Shown in pieces: positions 43,150-51,974 of a DNA stretch of 64,000 bases. A model generated the notes under the pieces. The model did no database searches. It was not told the origin of the DNA and saw nothing but the letters and a program-made list of their open reading frames with translations. A program made the translations under genes and the position numbers. Position 1 is the stretch's first letter. Each line of letters begins with the position of its first letter. This stretch comes from Gaiellales bacterium (GTDB taxonomy: Bacteria; Actinomycetota; Thermoleophilia; Gaiellales; JAICJC01): the NCBI GenBank assembly GCA_035473255.1, contig DATIOK010000068.1, positions 11,858-75,857 on the forward strand, written 5' to 3'.

Positions 43150-44060
43150 TTGTCGGCGTACCAGCCGTCCAGCTCCGCGATCTGCACCACCGTCCCGGTG
43201 TGAGGCGCGTGCACGAAGCGTCCGCGGCCGAGGTAGATGCCGACATGGCCGAGGTTCTCGAAGAACACCAGATCCCCCGGCTCGAGCTGGGAGAACGGCA
43301 CGTGCACGCCGGCGTGATACTGGTCGCGGGCGACCCGGGGCAGGGCGAGGCCGAGGCGCCCGTACACGTACTGGACCAGCCCTGAGCAGTCGAAGCCGCT
43401 CGGATCCTCACCGCCCCAGACGTAGGGACGGCCGAGAAACTGCAGGCTGAGTGCGGCGGCGCGCCGGCCCAGGTCGGCGGTCGTGGTGTCGACGGGAAGC
43501 GAGTGCTCGACCGCGGCGTCGGGGTGCGGGCGCCGGCGCCTGGGATGACCGAAGCTGCCCTCCGGCAGGATCCCCTCGTCGACCAGCGCCTGCTGGGTGC
43601 GAGGGCCGGCCTCGCCGTCGACCACCAGCCCGTGGCTGCGCTGGAAGCGGCGTACCGCCGCCCGCGTGGCCAGTCCGTAGCGGCCGGTGGCAGGGAGGCC
43701 CAGCGCCCACTGCAGCGACGAGATCACGTGACCGCGGTCGCCGTGGCGGAACACCCGGGCTCCTGGTGTGCCCGCGTACTCCGCGTCAAGCGCCGCCCAG
43801 GTCAGCGGGCCCGGGACGCCGTCCACCTCGAGGCCGTGAGCCGACTGAAAGGCGCGCACGGCCCGCACGGTGCGCCGGTCGAGGAGGCCGCTGGGCGGCA
43901 GGCCGAGCAGCGTCTGCAGCCGCTGGAGCGAGCCGGCCGCCGTCGGCTGATCGGCGGTCGCGGGCGGCGTGCCGGCCGCCCGTGCCGCCGTGCCGCCGGC
44001 CACCGAGGGGGCCGTTACCACGACCCAGGCCAGGGCTGCGCGCGCAAGCAGCCGCTTCAT
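43107..44060 (-). CDS. secreted NlpC/P60 peptidoglycan hydrolase with two PG-binding (PG_binding_1-like) repeats
   Basis: ATG 44060..44058 gives the signal peptide MKRLLARAALAWVVVTAPSVAGG. There are two RAVRAFQSAHGLEVDGVPGP-type repeats. The catalytic region shows GFDCSGLVQYVY, GHVGIYLG and HAPHTG. ATGA overlap with the S8 protease stop. Confidence 0.85.
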   Translation of the reverse strand: MKRLLARAALAWVVVTAPSVAGGTAARAAGTPPATADQPTAAGSLQRLQTLLGLPPSGLLDRRTVRAVRAFQSAHGLEVDGVPGPLTWAALDAEYAGTPGARVFRHGDRGHVISSLQWALGLPATGRYGLATRAAVRRFQRSHGLVVDGEAGPRTQQALVDEGILPEGSFGHPRRRRPHPDAAVEHSLPVDTTTADLGRRAAALSLQFLGRPYVWGGEDPSGFDCSGLVQYVYGRLGLALPRVARDQYHAGVHVPFSQLEPGDLVFFENLGHVGIYLGRGRFVHAPHTGTVVQIAELDGWYADNYVGAVRVGVSAGG

Positions 44061-46261
44061 CCCACACCCCTGTCTGACTCGAACGCGTCGAACAGGAGCA
44101 CGCCTCTGGCGCCGGGCTGCAGGCCGCCCGACGGTCCCAGCATCACCCGCTCCAGGCGCCGCTCCCCGTTTCCGAGGTCGCCGACCGAGCCGGCAGGAGT
44201 GCCGTCGACCGCCAGCGTCACCGAACCGGGGCTGCCCGCCTGCCAGGTCAGATCGAGCACGTGGACGTCGTCGCTGACCCGCGTCCAGCGCGTCGACTCC
44301 CACCCCGATATCCCAATAGCGGAGGCGCGCAGGAAGACCCTGTGCACGACCGTCCGGTAGCGCAGCAGGAACACCCGGCCGCCACCGTCCCATCCGGCGA
44401 ACACGACCCAGGCCCGGCCGCCGGTCGATGTGCCGGACGGATCGAAGCTGAACCGGGCGTGGTAGCCGGACTCTGCGGCCGGCGACTGGTCGACGACGCC
44501 CGTGACAGCGCTGCCGGTCACCTTGGCGCGCAATCCATAGCCGTCACCGTCGAGCGCGGCCCACGGAGTGACCGCGAGCATGCCCGCGCCGCGGCGACCG
44601 GACCAGGCGCTGAGGTCGCCGCTGGCGAAGCTGTCCGTGAACAGGCCGGGGGAGTCCACGGTGACGGTGACCGTCTGCACCGCCCCCCAGTTGCCGGCGG
44701 AGTCGCGGGCGCGCACCGAGATCGTGTGCGTGCCGGGTGAGAGCGTGCCGACGTCCGCCGTCACGTCCTCGACCGGGGAGTCGAAGGCGCCGTCGGCCGG
44801 CAGAGCGGCGGTGGCCAGTCCCTGGCCGGGGTCGGCGCCGTCGAACCACTCAGCCCCGGTCACCGCCGACAGCCCATCGGTGGCGGTCGCGCCCAGCGTG
44901 GTTCCGGTAACCGACAACCCGCTCACGACCGGGCCGGCGACATCTCCGCCCAGGGACGCGATTGCCGCCGGCACGTCGATGCGCCCATCTCCGAACACGT
45001 TGTCGGGGCCGGGATCGCCCAGATCGGCTGCGCTCCGGCGCAGCGCAGTCTCCTGCTCGGCGGCGGTCAGACTCGGGTCGGCGCTCAGCAGCAGCGCCAG
45101 TGCGCCGGCGGCATGCGGGGCTGCCAGTGAGGTGCCTGTGGCGGTGGTGGTGCCGACCGGATCCAGCACGGGGACGTCCACGCCGGGAGCGGTCACGGCC
45201 GGATACGTGACCGCGGTGCCGCCGCAGGTGGTCGGCCCGCGGCTCGAGTCGGCTGCGATCTGATCGCCGGCGGTGGTGGCACCTACGGCCAGGGCTCCCG
45301 GATTGTTGGCCGGGCTGTAGTCGCTGGGCGATCCCGGGCCGGAGTTGCCGGCGGCGAACACGGGCAGGATCCGTGCCGCGCGCAGGGCGGTGATGTCGGG
45401 TTCGAACTCGAGGTTGCACCCCGCGGTCATCGACCAGGAGTTGTTCACGACCTGCGGGGCGTCAGTGGTGGCGGGGTCGTGGTCGGGGTCGAGCAGCCAC
45501 TGGAAGGCGAGGTGGATGGCGCTGGTGGTGGCCTGGCCGCGGTCGTCGAAGATGCGGGCCGCGATCCAGCGGCTGGCCGGCGCCACCCCCAGCGCCGTCC
45601 CGGTGGCACCGCCGGCCACCATGACGCTCATCGTATGGGTGCCGTGACCGGAAAGGTCGACCGGGGCTGCCGTGTGCTGCCCGTAGGGGTCAAACCAGCT
45701 GTTGGACCCGCCCCGCCATGCGGCCGCCAGCTCGGGGATGGTCATGTCCACGCCCGTGTCGAGCGAGGCAACCACCACGCCCTGCCCGCGGTCACCGAGC
45801 GCCCAGGCCCCGGGCGCCCCGATCGCGGTCAGGTTCGAGGCGGCGGCGCCGCCGCCCGCGTCTCCGGCGGCGTGCACGGTGATCGCGTCGTCATGCACCG
45901 AGGCGACGTCGGGACGGGCGGCCAGCTTCGCGATGACGTCGTCGCTGGCGGTCACAGCGATCGCGTTCACGATCCACAGTGGCCGCACGGCCGATACCGT
46001 GCCGGCTCGGCGGCCGGCCGCCAGCTGGTCGAGGATCGGCTGCTGCGACGCGTCGGCGGTGCTCTGCAGTGCCTGCTCCAACGCGCGCAGGCGCGCGCCT
46101 CGGGCGCGAGGCAGCCCACCGAAGTCGGCACGCTCGGTGAGCGTCACGATCACGCGGCGCATTGGCACCGGGCCGGCGGCGGCATTCCGGGCGGTGCCGG
46201 CGCCGGCCGCAGCGGTTCCCAGCAATGCCGCGGTCACCGCGAGCACGACCACGCGTCTCAC
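44057..46261 (-). CDS. secreted S8 (subtilisin-family) serine protease with one Ig-like repeat and a C-terminal jelly-roll/LamG-like module
   Basis: GTG 46261..46259 gives VRRVVVLAVTAALLGTAAAGAG. The catalytic triad is VASLDTGVD, HGTHTMSVMVAG and GTSLAAPHAAG. The Ig-like repeat is at 44657..44857 and the C-terminal module at 44060..44656; both are paralogous to parts of 48581..51973. Confidence 0.85.
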   Translation of the reverse strand: MRRVVVLAVTAALLGTAAAGAGTARNAAAGPVPMRRVIVTLTERADFGGLPRARGARLRALEQALQSTADASQQPILDQLAAGRRAGTVSAVRPLWIVNAIAVTASDDVIAKLAARPDVASVHDDAITVHAAGDAGGGAAASNLTAIGAPGAWALGDRGQGVVVASLDTGVDMTIPELAAAWRGGSNSWFDPYGQHTAAPVDLSGHGTHTMSVMVAGGATGTALGVAPASRWIAARIFDDRGQATTSAIHLAFQWLLDPDHDPATTDAPQVVNNSWSMTAGCNLEFEPDITALRAARILPVFAAGNSGPGSPSDYSPANNPGALAVGATTAGDQIAADSSRGPTTCGGTAVTYPAVTAPGVDVPVLDPVGTTTATGTSLAAPHAAGALALLLSADPSLTAAEQETALRRSAADLGDPGPDNVFGDGRIDVPAAIASLGGDVAGPVVSGLSVTGTTLGATATDGLSAVTGAEWFDGADPGQGLATAALPADGAFDSPVEDVTADVGTLSPGTHTISVRARDSAGNWGAVQTVTVTVDSPGLFTDSFASGDLSAWSGRRGAGMLAVTPWAALDGDGYGLRAKVTGSAVTGVVDQSPAAESGYHARFSFDPSGTSTGGRAWVVFAGWDGGGRVFLLRYRTVVHRVFLRASAIGISGWESTRWTRVSDDVHVLDLTWQAGSPGSVTLAVDGTPAGSVGDLGNGERRLERVMLGPSGGLQPGARGVLLFDAFESDRGVG

Positions 46262-46266
46262 GGCAG

Positions 46267-48081
46267 TCACTCCGAGGCGGGCAGTTCGGCCGGCGCCAGG
46301 GCCGGCGGCTGCCCGAGCATCGGCCTCAGCGCCCGCCACAGCAACGCGGCTGCGGCCAGCGCGAGCAGCACCTCGGCCAGCAGCGTCAGCAGCGGTGCCA
46401 GTGGCCGGTCGGACACCCAGGGCCGCCGCGGCGCCGGCCCGCCGGGGTGGTCCACGGGCCAGCGCAGCAAGGCGGTGGCGTCGGGCACACCCGCCCGGTG
46501 AACGACCACCTGCAGCGGCATCACGCCGGAGCGCGACAGGCGATGCGCCGGCACTCGCCAGATGCCGCCTGTCCGGACGGCGTCGACGATGTCACCCGCT
46601 GCCCGCCCGTCGGGCCAGCGGATGCCGACCCCGGTGACCGGGCCGGGCGCCGGCAGCCGCGTCTCGAGCACCTTCACCGATGCGAAGTTCGCACCCGGCC
46701 GGTTCGGCTTTACGGACACGCCCAGGATCAGGTCGTCGACCGCTGCGTAGCGGAGCGCCGGCGACCGGGCGACCTTCGCGGCGGGAGCGTACTGCGGCTC
46801 CCGCGCGGGGGCCGAGGCGGTCAGCATCGCCGCCGGCACCAGCACGGCCAACGCGATCGTTGTCTCCAGCGTCACCGCCAGCCGCAGCCTGCGGCCGCCG
46901 GCGCGGCGGCGCAGCAGCAGCAGGTTGGTCAGTCCCAGGACACCGACCGCCAGGAACAGCGCCGACTTCACCACCAGCGTGCGGCCGTAGACGCTCTGCA
47001 GCAGGGCGTCGGCGGAAGCGACCTGCACGCCGGCGCTGTACAGCCCGGTGATGGCGATCAGCGCCACGCAGCCCGCGGCGAGGTTCCCGAAGCAGCGCAG
47101 GACGATGCGCCCCGACCGGGTGTCACGGACGAGCAGCGGCGCCAGGCAGATCGCCGCCGCGGCCAGGCCTCCTGTCCAGACCGCGGCGGTCAGCAGGTGC
47201 GCGGTCATTGCCAGCACGGCCACGCTGAGGTCGCCGCGTGCCGCCGGAGCATGGCCGGTCAGCGCCAGCGTGCCGCACAGCGCCACCGCCATCGCAATCC
47301 CCGGCCATCGCAACCACGATCGCCGCCCGGCCCGCGGCAGCGCCACCAGCGTCGCCAGCAGGCCGATCAGCAGCAGCTCGCGCAGCGCCCAGCGCGGGCC
47401 ATAGGTCGTGCCGGTGAGCAGCGTCCAGCCGGCCGGCGCAAGCGCCCGGGGGAATGACGATGCCTGCACCAGCAGCAGCGCAATCCCGGTCACGAGTGCG
47501 GCCGCAGCCGCCAGCAGCGCCATCATCCGCAGCCGCCGCTCCAGCCCATCCAGGCCGCGGGCGCCGCGACCGGCGGCGGCCGGCAGCACCAGCAGCATCA
47601 TCGCCAGCGGGCCCAGCAGCGCGGCCACGGCGGCGAAGTCCAGCCAGCGCACCAGCACGCTGCCGGTGGCGGGCGTCGGGTCCGGAGGCAGCCCGGCTGA
47701 GGGCGCCACGTGGACGTTCCCGACGCCGAAGACCGTCTCCCCGCGGGTCGCGTGCAGGTCGTCGGTGGAGACGGTCTGCCAGACGATCCGGTAGACCCCG
47801 CTGGGCAGTTTCGGCAGGGCCAGGGTGAGGACGGCACTGTCGTGCCCGGGCACCACCCGGGCCGGGATCACACGACCCGATGCGCCGACCAGCTCGACCC
47901 GGCTGAGACCGGGGCTGACCTGTTCGCTGAACAGCAGTCGCATGGTGGGCGGCGAATGGGCGAGCGAGCTGCCGTCGGCCGGGTCAGAGCGCACCAGGTA
48001 GGCATGGGCGGACGCGGCTGCGGGCAGCGCCAGTGCGACCGCCGCGGCCACGGCCGCGACCGCTGCGCCGCGACGGATCAT
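46267..48081 (-). CDS. copper resistance protein CopC-CopD fusion (YcnJ-like) with extra C-terminal domain and TM
   Basis: ATG 48081..48079. The signal ends ...ASA|HAYLVRSDPADGSSL, giving the CopC N-terminal His. LPSGVYRIVWQTVSTDDLHATRGE is the CopC fold. Eight or more TMs follow (CopD), then a beta-rich segment and a final TM. ATGA overlap with the upstream gene. Confidence 0.8.
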   Translation of the reverse strand: MIRRGAAVAAVAAAVALALPAAASAHAYLVRSDPADGSSLAHSPPTMRLLFSEQVSPGLSRVELVGASGRVIPARVVPGHDSAVLTLALPKLPSGVYRIVWQTVSTDDLHATRGETVFGVGNVHVAPSAGLPPDPTPATGSVLVRWLDFAAVAALLGPLAMMLLVLPAAAGRGARGLDGLERRLRMMALLAAAAALVTGIALLLVQASSFPRALAPAGWTLLTGTTYGPRWALRELLLIGLLATLVALPRAGRRSWLRWPGIAMAVALCGTLALTGHAPAARGDLSVAVLAMTAHLLTAAVWTGGLAAAAICLAPLLVRDTRSGRIVLRCFGNLAAGCVALIAITGLYSAGVQVASADALLQSVYGRTLVVKSALFLAVGVLGLTNLLLLRRRAGGRRLRLAVTLETTIALAVLVPAAMLTASAPAREPQYAPAAKVARSPALRYAAVDDLILGVSVKPNRPGANFASVKVLETRLPAPGPVTGVGIRWPDGRAAGDIVDAVRTGGIWRVPAHRLSRSGVMPLQVVVHRAGVPDATALLRWPVDHPGGPAPRRPWVSDRPLAPLLTLLAEVLLALAAAALLWRALRPMLGQPPALAPAELPASE

Positions 48082-48584
48082 CGCACGACGACGTGGCGCA
48101 GCCACAGCGAGCCCATCTTCACCGACACCTTGTCCCCGGTGCGCACGGTGCCACCGTCGTTGCGGTACAGCAGGTAGTACTGGCGTCCCGCCTGCATGTG
48201 GTGCGGGAACATGGACATCGCCAGGCCGCCCAGCGTGCGCCCGGTGCGCTCGTCCACCAGCACCGGGAACGTCGACCGTGTGTGGCCGAAGGCGACGGCG
48301 CGGTCGGGATCGAGCGCGATGTAGCGCACGTCGACCATGCCGCCTGCGGCGGTCACGGCGATCTGCGAGACGCGGATGCCGTATCGGAGCTCAACCGTCG
48401 GGTTGTGCGGAACCGGCGGGTAGACGGTGGGGGCCTCTGCGCCGCGGCTGTCGTGGGCAACCAGAAACCCACCCACGACAACCGCGGTCAGGAGGGGCGC
48501 CAGCAACTGCCGGCGCATGAGGCCGCGCACCCCCGGGCGAGGGGTGCGCGGTGCGACCGGGGCGGGAGCGGTTTCAGCCGTCAT
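48078..48584 (-). CDS. small membrane-anchored protein of unknown function with Met/His motif
   Basis: 168 aa with one TM (LLAPLLTAVVVGGFLV), then a beta-rich domain containing AMSMFPHHMQ (48195..48218). ATGA overlaps at both ends support translation. No family recognised. Confidence 0.55.
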   Translation of the reverse strand: MTAETAPAPVAPRTPRPGVRGLMRRQLLAPLLTAVVVGGFLVAHDSRGAEAPTVYPPVPHNPTVELRYGIRVSQIAVTAAGGMVDVRYIALDPDRAVAFGHTRSTFPVLVDERTGRTLGGLAMSMFPHHMQAGRQYYLLYRNDGGTVRTGDKVSVKMGSLWLRHVVVR

Positions 48585-51500
48585 GGCCCGATCGTGCCTC
48601 CTCTGGTGGAGACGAAGTCGTCGAAGTAGAGGACGCCCGAGATCTTGGCGGCCAGCGTGTCCGACGGGCCCAGCTTCACCTTGTCGATTCGCTGAGAGCC
48701 GTTCACGAGCGAGCCCAGCGTCTGCTTCAGCGCTCCGTCCACCAGCAGCTTCAGAGATCCGCTGCCGGCTCCTGCCTTCCAGTCGACCTCGACCGCATGG
48801 GCGGCGTTCGAGATCGTGTACCAGGAGGTGTTTTTCCAGCTGCCGCCCGAGAGGGCGCCCGCGCGGATCCGGTAGACACCGGCACCGGTGCGGCTGTACT
48901 GGACGCGCGTGACCGTGCCGCCGCCGCCCTTGATGGCTGCGAGGATGGTGGGCGACGAGCTGCCGGGCAGCGCGCCGTGCGGATTGAAGTAGAACCGTGC
49001 GCTGTACTGCGACTCCAGCGCCGGCGAGTTGTCAAGTACGAACCGCGACGCGGTTCCCGACTGGGACGCCTGCAGGCCGTACTGGTCAGCCCCGTGCAGC
49101 TTGGCGGCAGCGGTCGCCGAGATCGCCGATCCACCCGTCGCCGACGACCAGGCACTCAGGTTGCCGGCCGCGAACGAGTTGGCGAACACGACCGGGTTGG
49201 AGATGGTGACCGTCACCTGTGCGACCGGTCCCCAGTTTCCCGCGGCATCGAGCGCGCGCACCGACAGTGTGTGGGTTCCGTTGGACAGGGTCGGCAGCGT
49301 CGCCCGGATGGCCTCGCTGTTCGAGTTGAAGCTGCCGTCCGTGGCGGTCATCGGCGTTGCCAGTCCCTGACCGGGGTCGGCTCCGTCGTACCATTCAGCG
49401 CCCACGATGACGCTGCCCGGGGTCGGTCCGGGCAAGCCCGGATCCGTGGCGGTGGCGGTCAGCGTGCCGGCCGCGACCGCCGGGCCGGCCGTGATGGCCG
49501 GGCCTGTCTTGTCCACGATCAGCGTGGCCGTGACCATCGCGCCCCAGTTACCGGCCGCATCCCTGGCGTGTGACGAAAACACGTGCGGGCCCTGGCTGAG
49601 CGCATTGATCTGGGCCAGCGGGAAGCGCATGTAGGCCGTCTCGGTGGGCGAGTCGAACGCGCCGTCGGTGGGCAGCAGCACCAGCCCGCTGCCGTTAGCG
49701 CCGACGGTATCGAGGAAGCCCTCGGCCCGCGTGATCGGCGAGTTGACGCCGCCCACCACCGGGTCGGCGAAGTCCGCCTCGACCTGCAGCTCGAACGAGT
49801 TGGGATCGATCGAGATGGTGCCGTTGTTGGGCGACGGGCCGATGCTCGCATTGCTGCCCGTCGGGCCGTTCTTGTCGACGACCAGCGGTGTCGAGGCAAA
49901 CGCACCCCAGTTGTTGAAGGCGTCGCGGGAGCGCACGTAGATCGTGTGTGCACCCACACCCAGCCCGGAGACGGTGGCCTGCGGGATCGTGCCCGTGATC
50001 TCGGAGATCGCGTTGGTGGGCGTCGTCACGGTCATGGCGGTGGGGGCGGCGCCGGTGCTGTCGATCCGGAACTCGGCGGCGCTGATGTTCTGGTCGCCGT
50101 TCAGCAGATCGGTGGCCGTGCCTGTGACGGCCACGCCGCTGGTGCCGTTGGTGTACGCGGGCGTCAGGGCCAGCGCGATGCTGTCCGGGCCGATCTCGTC
50201 GACGAAGAACGTCTCAGCGTCGAACCCGCCCCACGTGCCCGCGCTGTCGCGGGCGTGGATGAACACCGTGTGCGGGCCGGCGGCAAGCGGCGGTGAGCTG
50301 GGATCGATGGTGGCGCCGGTGACGACCGTCGAGGCCGGCGAACCGATCGTGATCGCCGTCCCGGAACCGTCGGCGCCCAGCGTGTCGACGAAGTACTCGG
50401 CGTCGGTCACGGTCTTGGGCGAGCCGGCGCTGGCCGGCGTGCAGGCGGAGAAGGTGGCCGAGATGGCGACCGGGGTGGTGCCGTCCGTCACGTCCGGCGT
50501 GGCGCTGCCGGAGACCGGCGATGGCCCGGCGCAGGTGTCGAGCGTGTCGGGGGTCTGGATGAACGTCATCATGCCGCCCGCGGTGACCGGTGCAGAGGCG
50601 GAGCTGGACCAGCCAGCTCCGGCCAGGTCGAGGTGCTGCCCCTGGTCGCTGACCGGGTAGGAGACAGCGCTGCCGGTGCCGCTCGGCATCGTCACCAGCG
50701 TGTCCATGGTGGCACCCGCGCCGACGGTTTCTGCGACCGCCTGATACGAGTACGTCAGTGGCAGCGCATCGTTGGCGATCACGCGCTGGTGCAGGCCGAG
50801 CGTGCTCATGGAGTGCTCGTCCAGCCCGGCGTTGACGTAGCGCAGCAGCACCGTGTCGCCACGCGCGGCGTTGATCACGTCGGTGGACGGGATGCTGCCG
50901 CCGTCGTGGTAGGTGCGCCCGTTGATCAGCCAGTAGCTGGCCTTGTAGCCCTTCATGTCGAAGCCGGACGGGTCGGCGGCGTTGTTGAGGGCGGGATCGA
51001 TCTCGCCCAGCACCAGCAGCGCCTCGGCGTCGAACGCCGTCGACGTGCCGTAGGCGCCGCTCTGCCCGCCGGCCAGGTTGGCCGGGCCCAGCGGGCTGAC
51101 CACGCCGCTGCCGTCGGAGCCGCCGGCCAGCGTCACCGTCACCAGCGCCGAAGCGGCCGGGTCGGCATTGATCGCAGCCATCACCTCGCTCGCCGTCGAC
51201 ACCGGCGCGCCGGTGCCGTCGGTGGCAAGGCTGACGGAGATGTCGGTTCCCGTCACCGACACGCTCAGCGGCGAGTTGGAGGCGGCGGGATCGACGTAGG
51301 TGATGCTGATCGCGTTGCCATCGACGCCGGAGTCGCCGGCCGTGAAGACGAGGTCGGCGTTGGGGCCGATGGCCGTGGTCAGCGTTGCGGCCGACAGGCC
51401 GGGCGGGCGCACGACCAGCGCGCCGTAGAGACCCATCGCCACCTGGTGGCGGGCGTTCTCGGTCGGCCCGGCCTCGTAGATGGTGGTGCCGGGGGTGGTT

Positions 51501-51973
51501 GCGGTGAACGTGTAGGTGCTTGAGTTGCCCTGCGTGACACCGGTGGTGTCGGGCACCAGAGGCGCCTCGGGAAGCATCAGCGACAACGCCTCGTTACCGC
51601 CGTTGACGGCGTTGGGGAGGGCGTTGTGCATGGTGATCGTGACCTGGTCGCCCTGGTCGACGACCAGCGTCGGGCCGCCCGGCTTGACCACGGAGTCGCC
51701 GGAGCTGGGCACGAAGCCCCACGTGGGCAGGGTGACGCCGCCGGGCAGGTCGGTGGTACCGGCCTTTGCCCACAGATCACAGGCCGGGTGTCCCGGGTTG
51801 GAGACGTCGCACGTGGTCGCGGGCAGCGCCGAAGCGATCGCCGCATCCGCGTGTACGACCTGCCGGTTGACGGGCGATCCCGCCGGAGCGGCAGCGGCCG
51901 CTGCCGGCAGCGTCACGGCTGCCAGCAGCGCGAGCGCCAGCGCTCGCTGAGTTCGCGTGAACCTGCGCGTCAC
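48581..51973 (-). CDS. two-domain multicopper-oxidase-like protein lacking copper ligands ('MCO-C'), fused to four Ig-like repeats and a C-terminal LamG-like module
   Basis: GTG 51973..51971. The signal is MTRRFTRTQRALALALLAAVTLPAAAAAA. The cupredoxin strings are paralogous to the two genes upstream (GTTIYEAGP...AMGLYGALVVRP; YKASYWLINGRTY) but contain no HxH or HCH. Repeats with ...H.....RA.D..GNWG lie at 49199..50407. The tail at 48584..49198 is paralogous to the S8 tail. Confidence 0.85.
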   Translation of the reverse strand: MTRRFTRTQRALALALLAAVTLPAAAAAAPAGSPVNRQVVHADAAIASALPATTCDVSNPGHPACDLWAKAGTTDLPGGVTLPTWGFVPSSGDSVVKPGGPTLVVDQGDQVTITMHNALPNAVNGGNEALSLMLPEAPLVPDTTGVTQGNSSTYTFTATTPGTTIYEAGPTENARHQVAMGLYGALVVRPPGLSAATLTTAIGPNADLVFTAGDSGVDGNAISITYVDPAASNSPLSVSVTGTDISVSLATDGTGAPVSTASEVMAAINADPAASALVTVTLAGGSDGSGVVSPLGPANLAGGQSGAYGTSTAFDAEALLVLGEIDPALNNAADPSGFDMKGYKASYWLINGRTYHDGGSIPSTDVINAARGDTVLLRYVNAGLDEHSMSTLGLHQRVIANDALPLTYSYQAVAETVGAGATMDTLVTMPSGTGSAVSYPVSDQGQHLDLAGAGWSSSASAPVTAGGMMTFIQTPDTLDTCAGPSPVSGSATPDVTDGTTPVAISATFSACTPASAGSPKTVTDAEYFVDTLGADGSGTAITIGSPASTVVTGATIDPSSPPLAAGPHTVFIHARDSAGTWGGFDAETFFVDEIGPDSIALALTPAYTNGTSGVAVTGTATDLLNGDQNISAAEFRIDSTGAAPTAMTVTTPTNAISEITGTIPQATVSGLGVGAHTIYVRSRDAFNNWGAFASTPLVVDKNGPTGSNASIGPSPNNGTISIDPNSFELQVEADFADPVVGGVNSPITRAEGFLDTVGANGSGLVLLPTDGAFDSPTETAYMRFPLAQINALSQGPHVFSSHARDAAGNWGAMVTATLIVDKTGPAITAGPAVAAGTLTATATDPGLPGPTPGSVIVGAEWYDGADPGQGLATPMTATDGSFNSNSEAIRATLPTLSNGTHTLSVRALDAAGNWGPVAQVTVTISNPVVFANSFAAGNLSAWSSATGGSAISATAAAKLHGADQYGLQASQSGTASRFVLDNSPALESQYSARFYFNPHGALPGSSSPTILAAIKGGGGTVTRVQYSRTGAGVYRIRAGALSGGSWKNTSWYTISNAAHAVEVDWKAGAGSGSLKLLVDGALKQTLGSLVNGSQRIDKVKLGPSDTLAAKISGVLYFDDFVSTRGGTIGP

Positions 51974-51974
51974 C

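Noticed and set aside
43200-48177. Numerous 100-430-aa plus-strand ORFs (for example 45479..46501, 45702..46637, 46162..47457)
   Set aside because: All are antisense to the NlpC/P60, S8 protease or CopCD genes, and are Arg/Pro/Ala/Gly-rich with no motifs.
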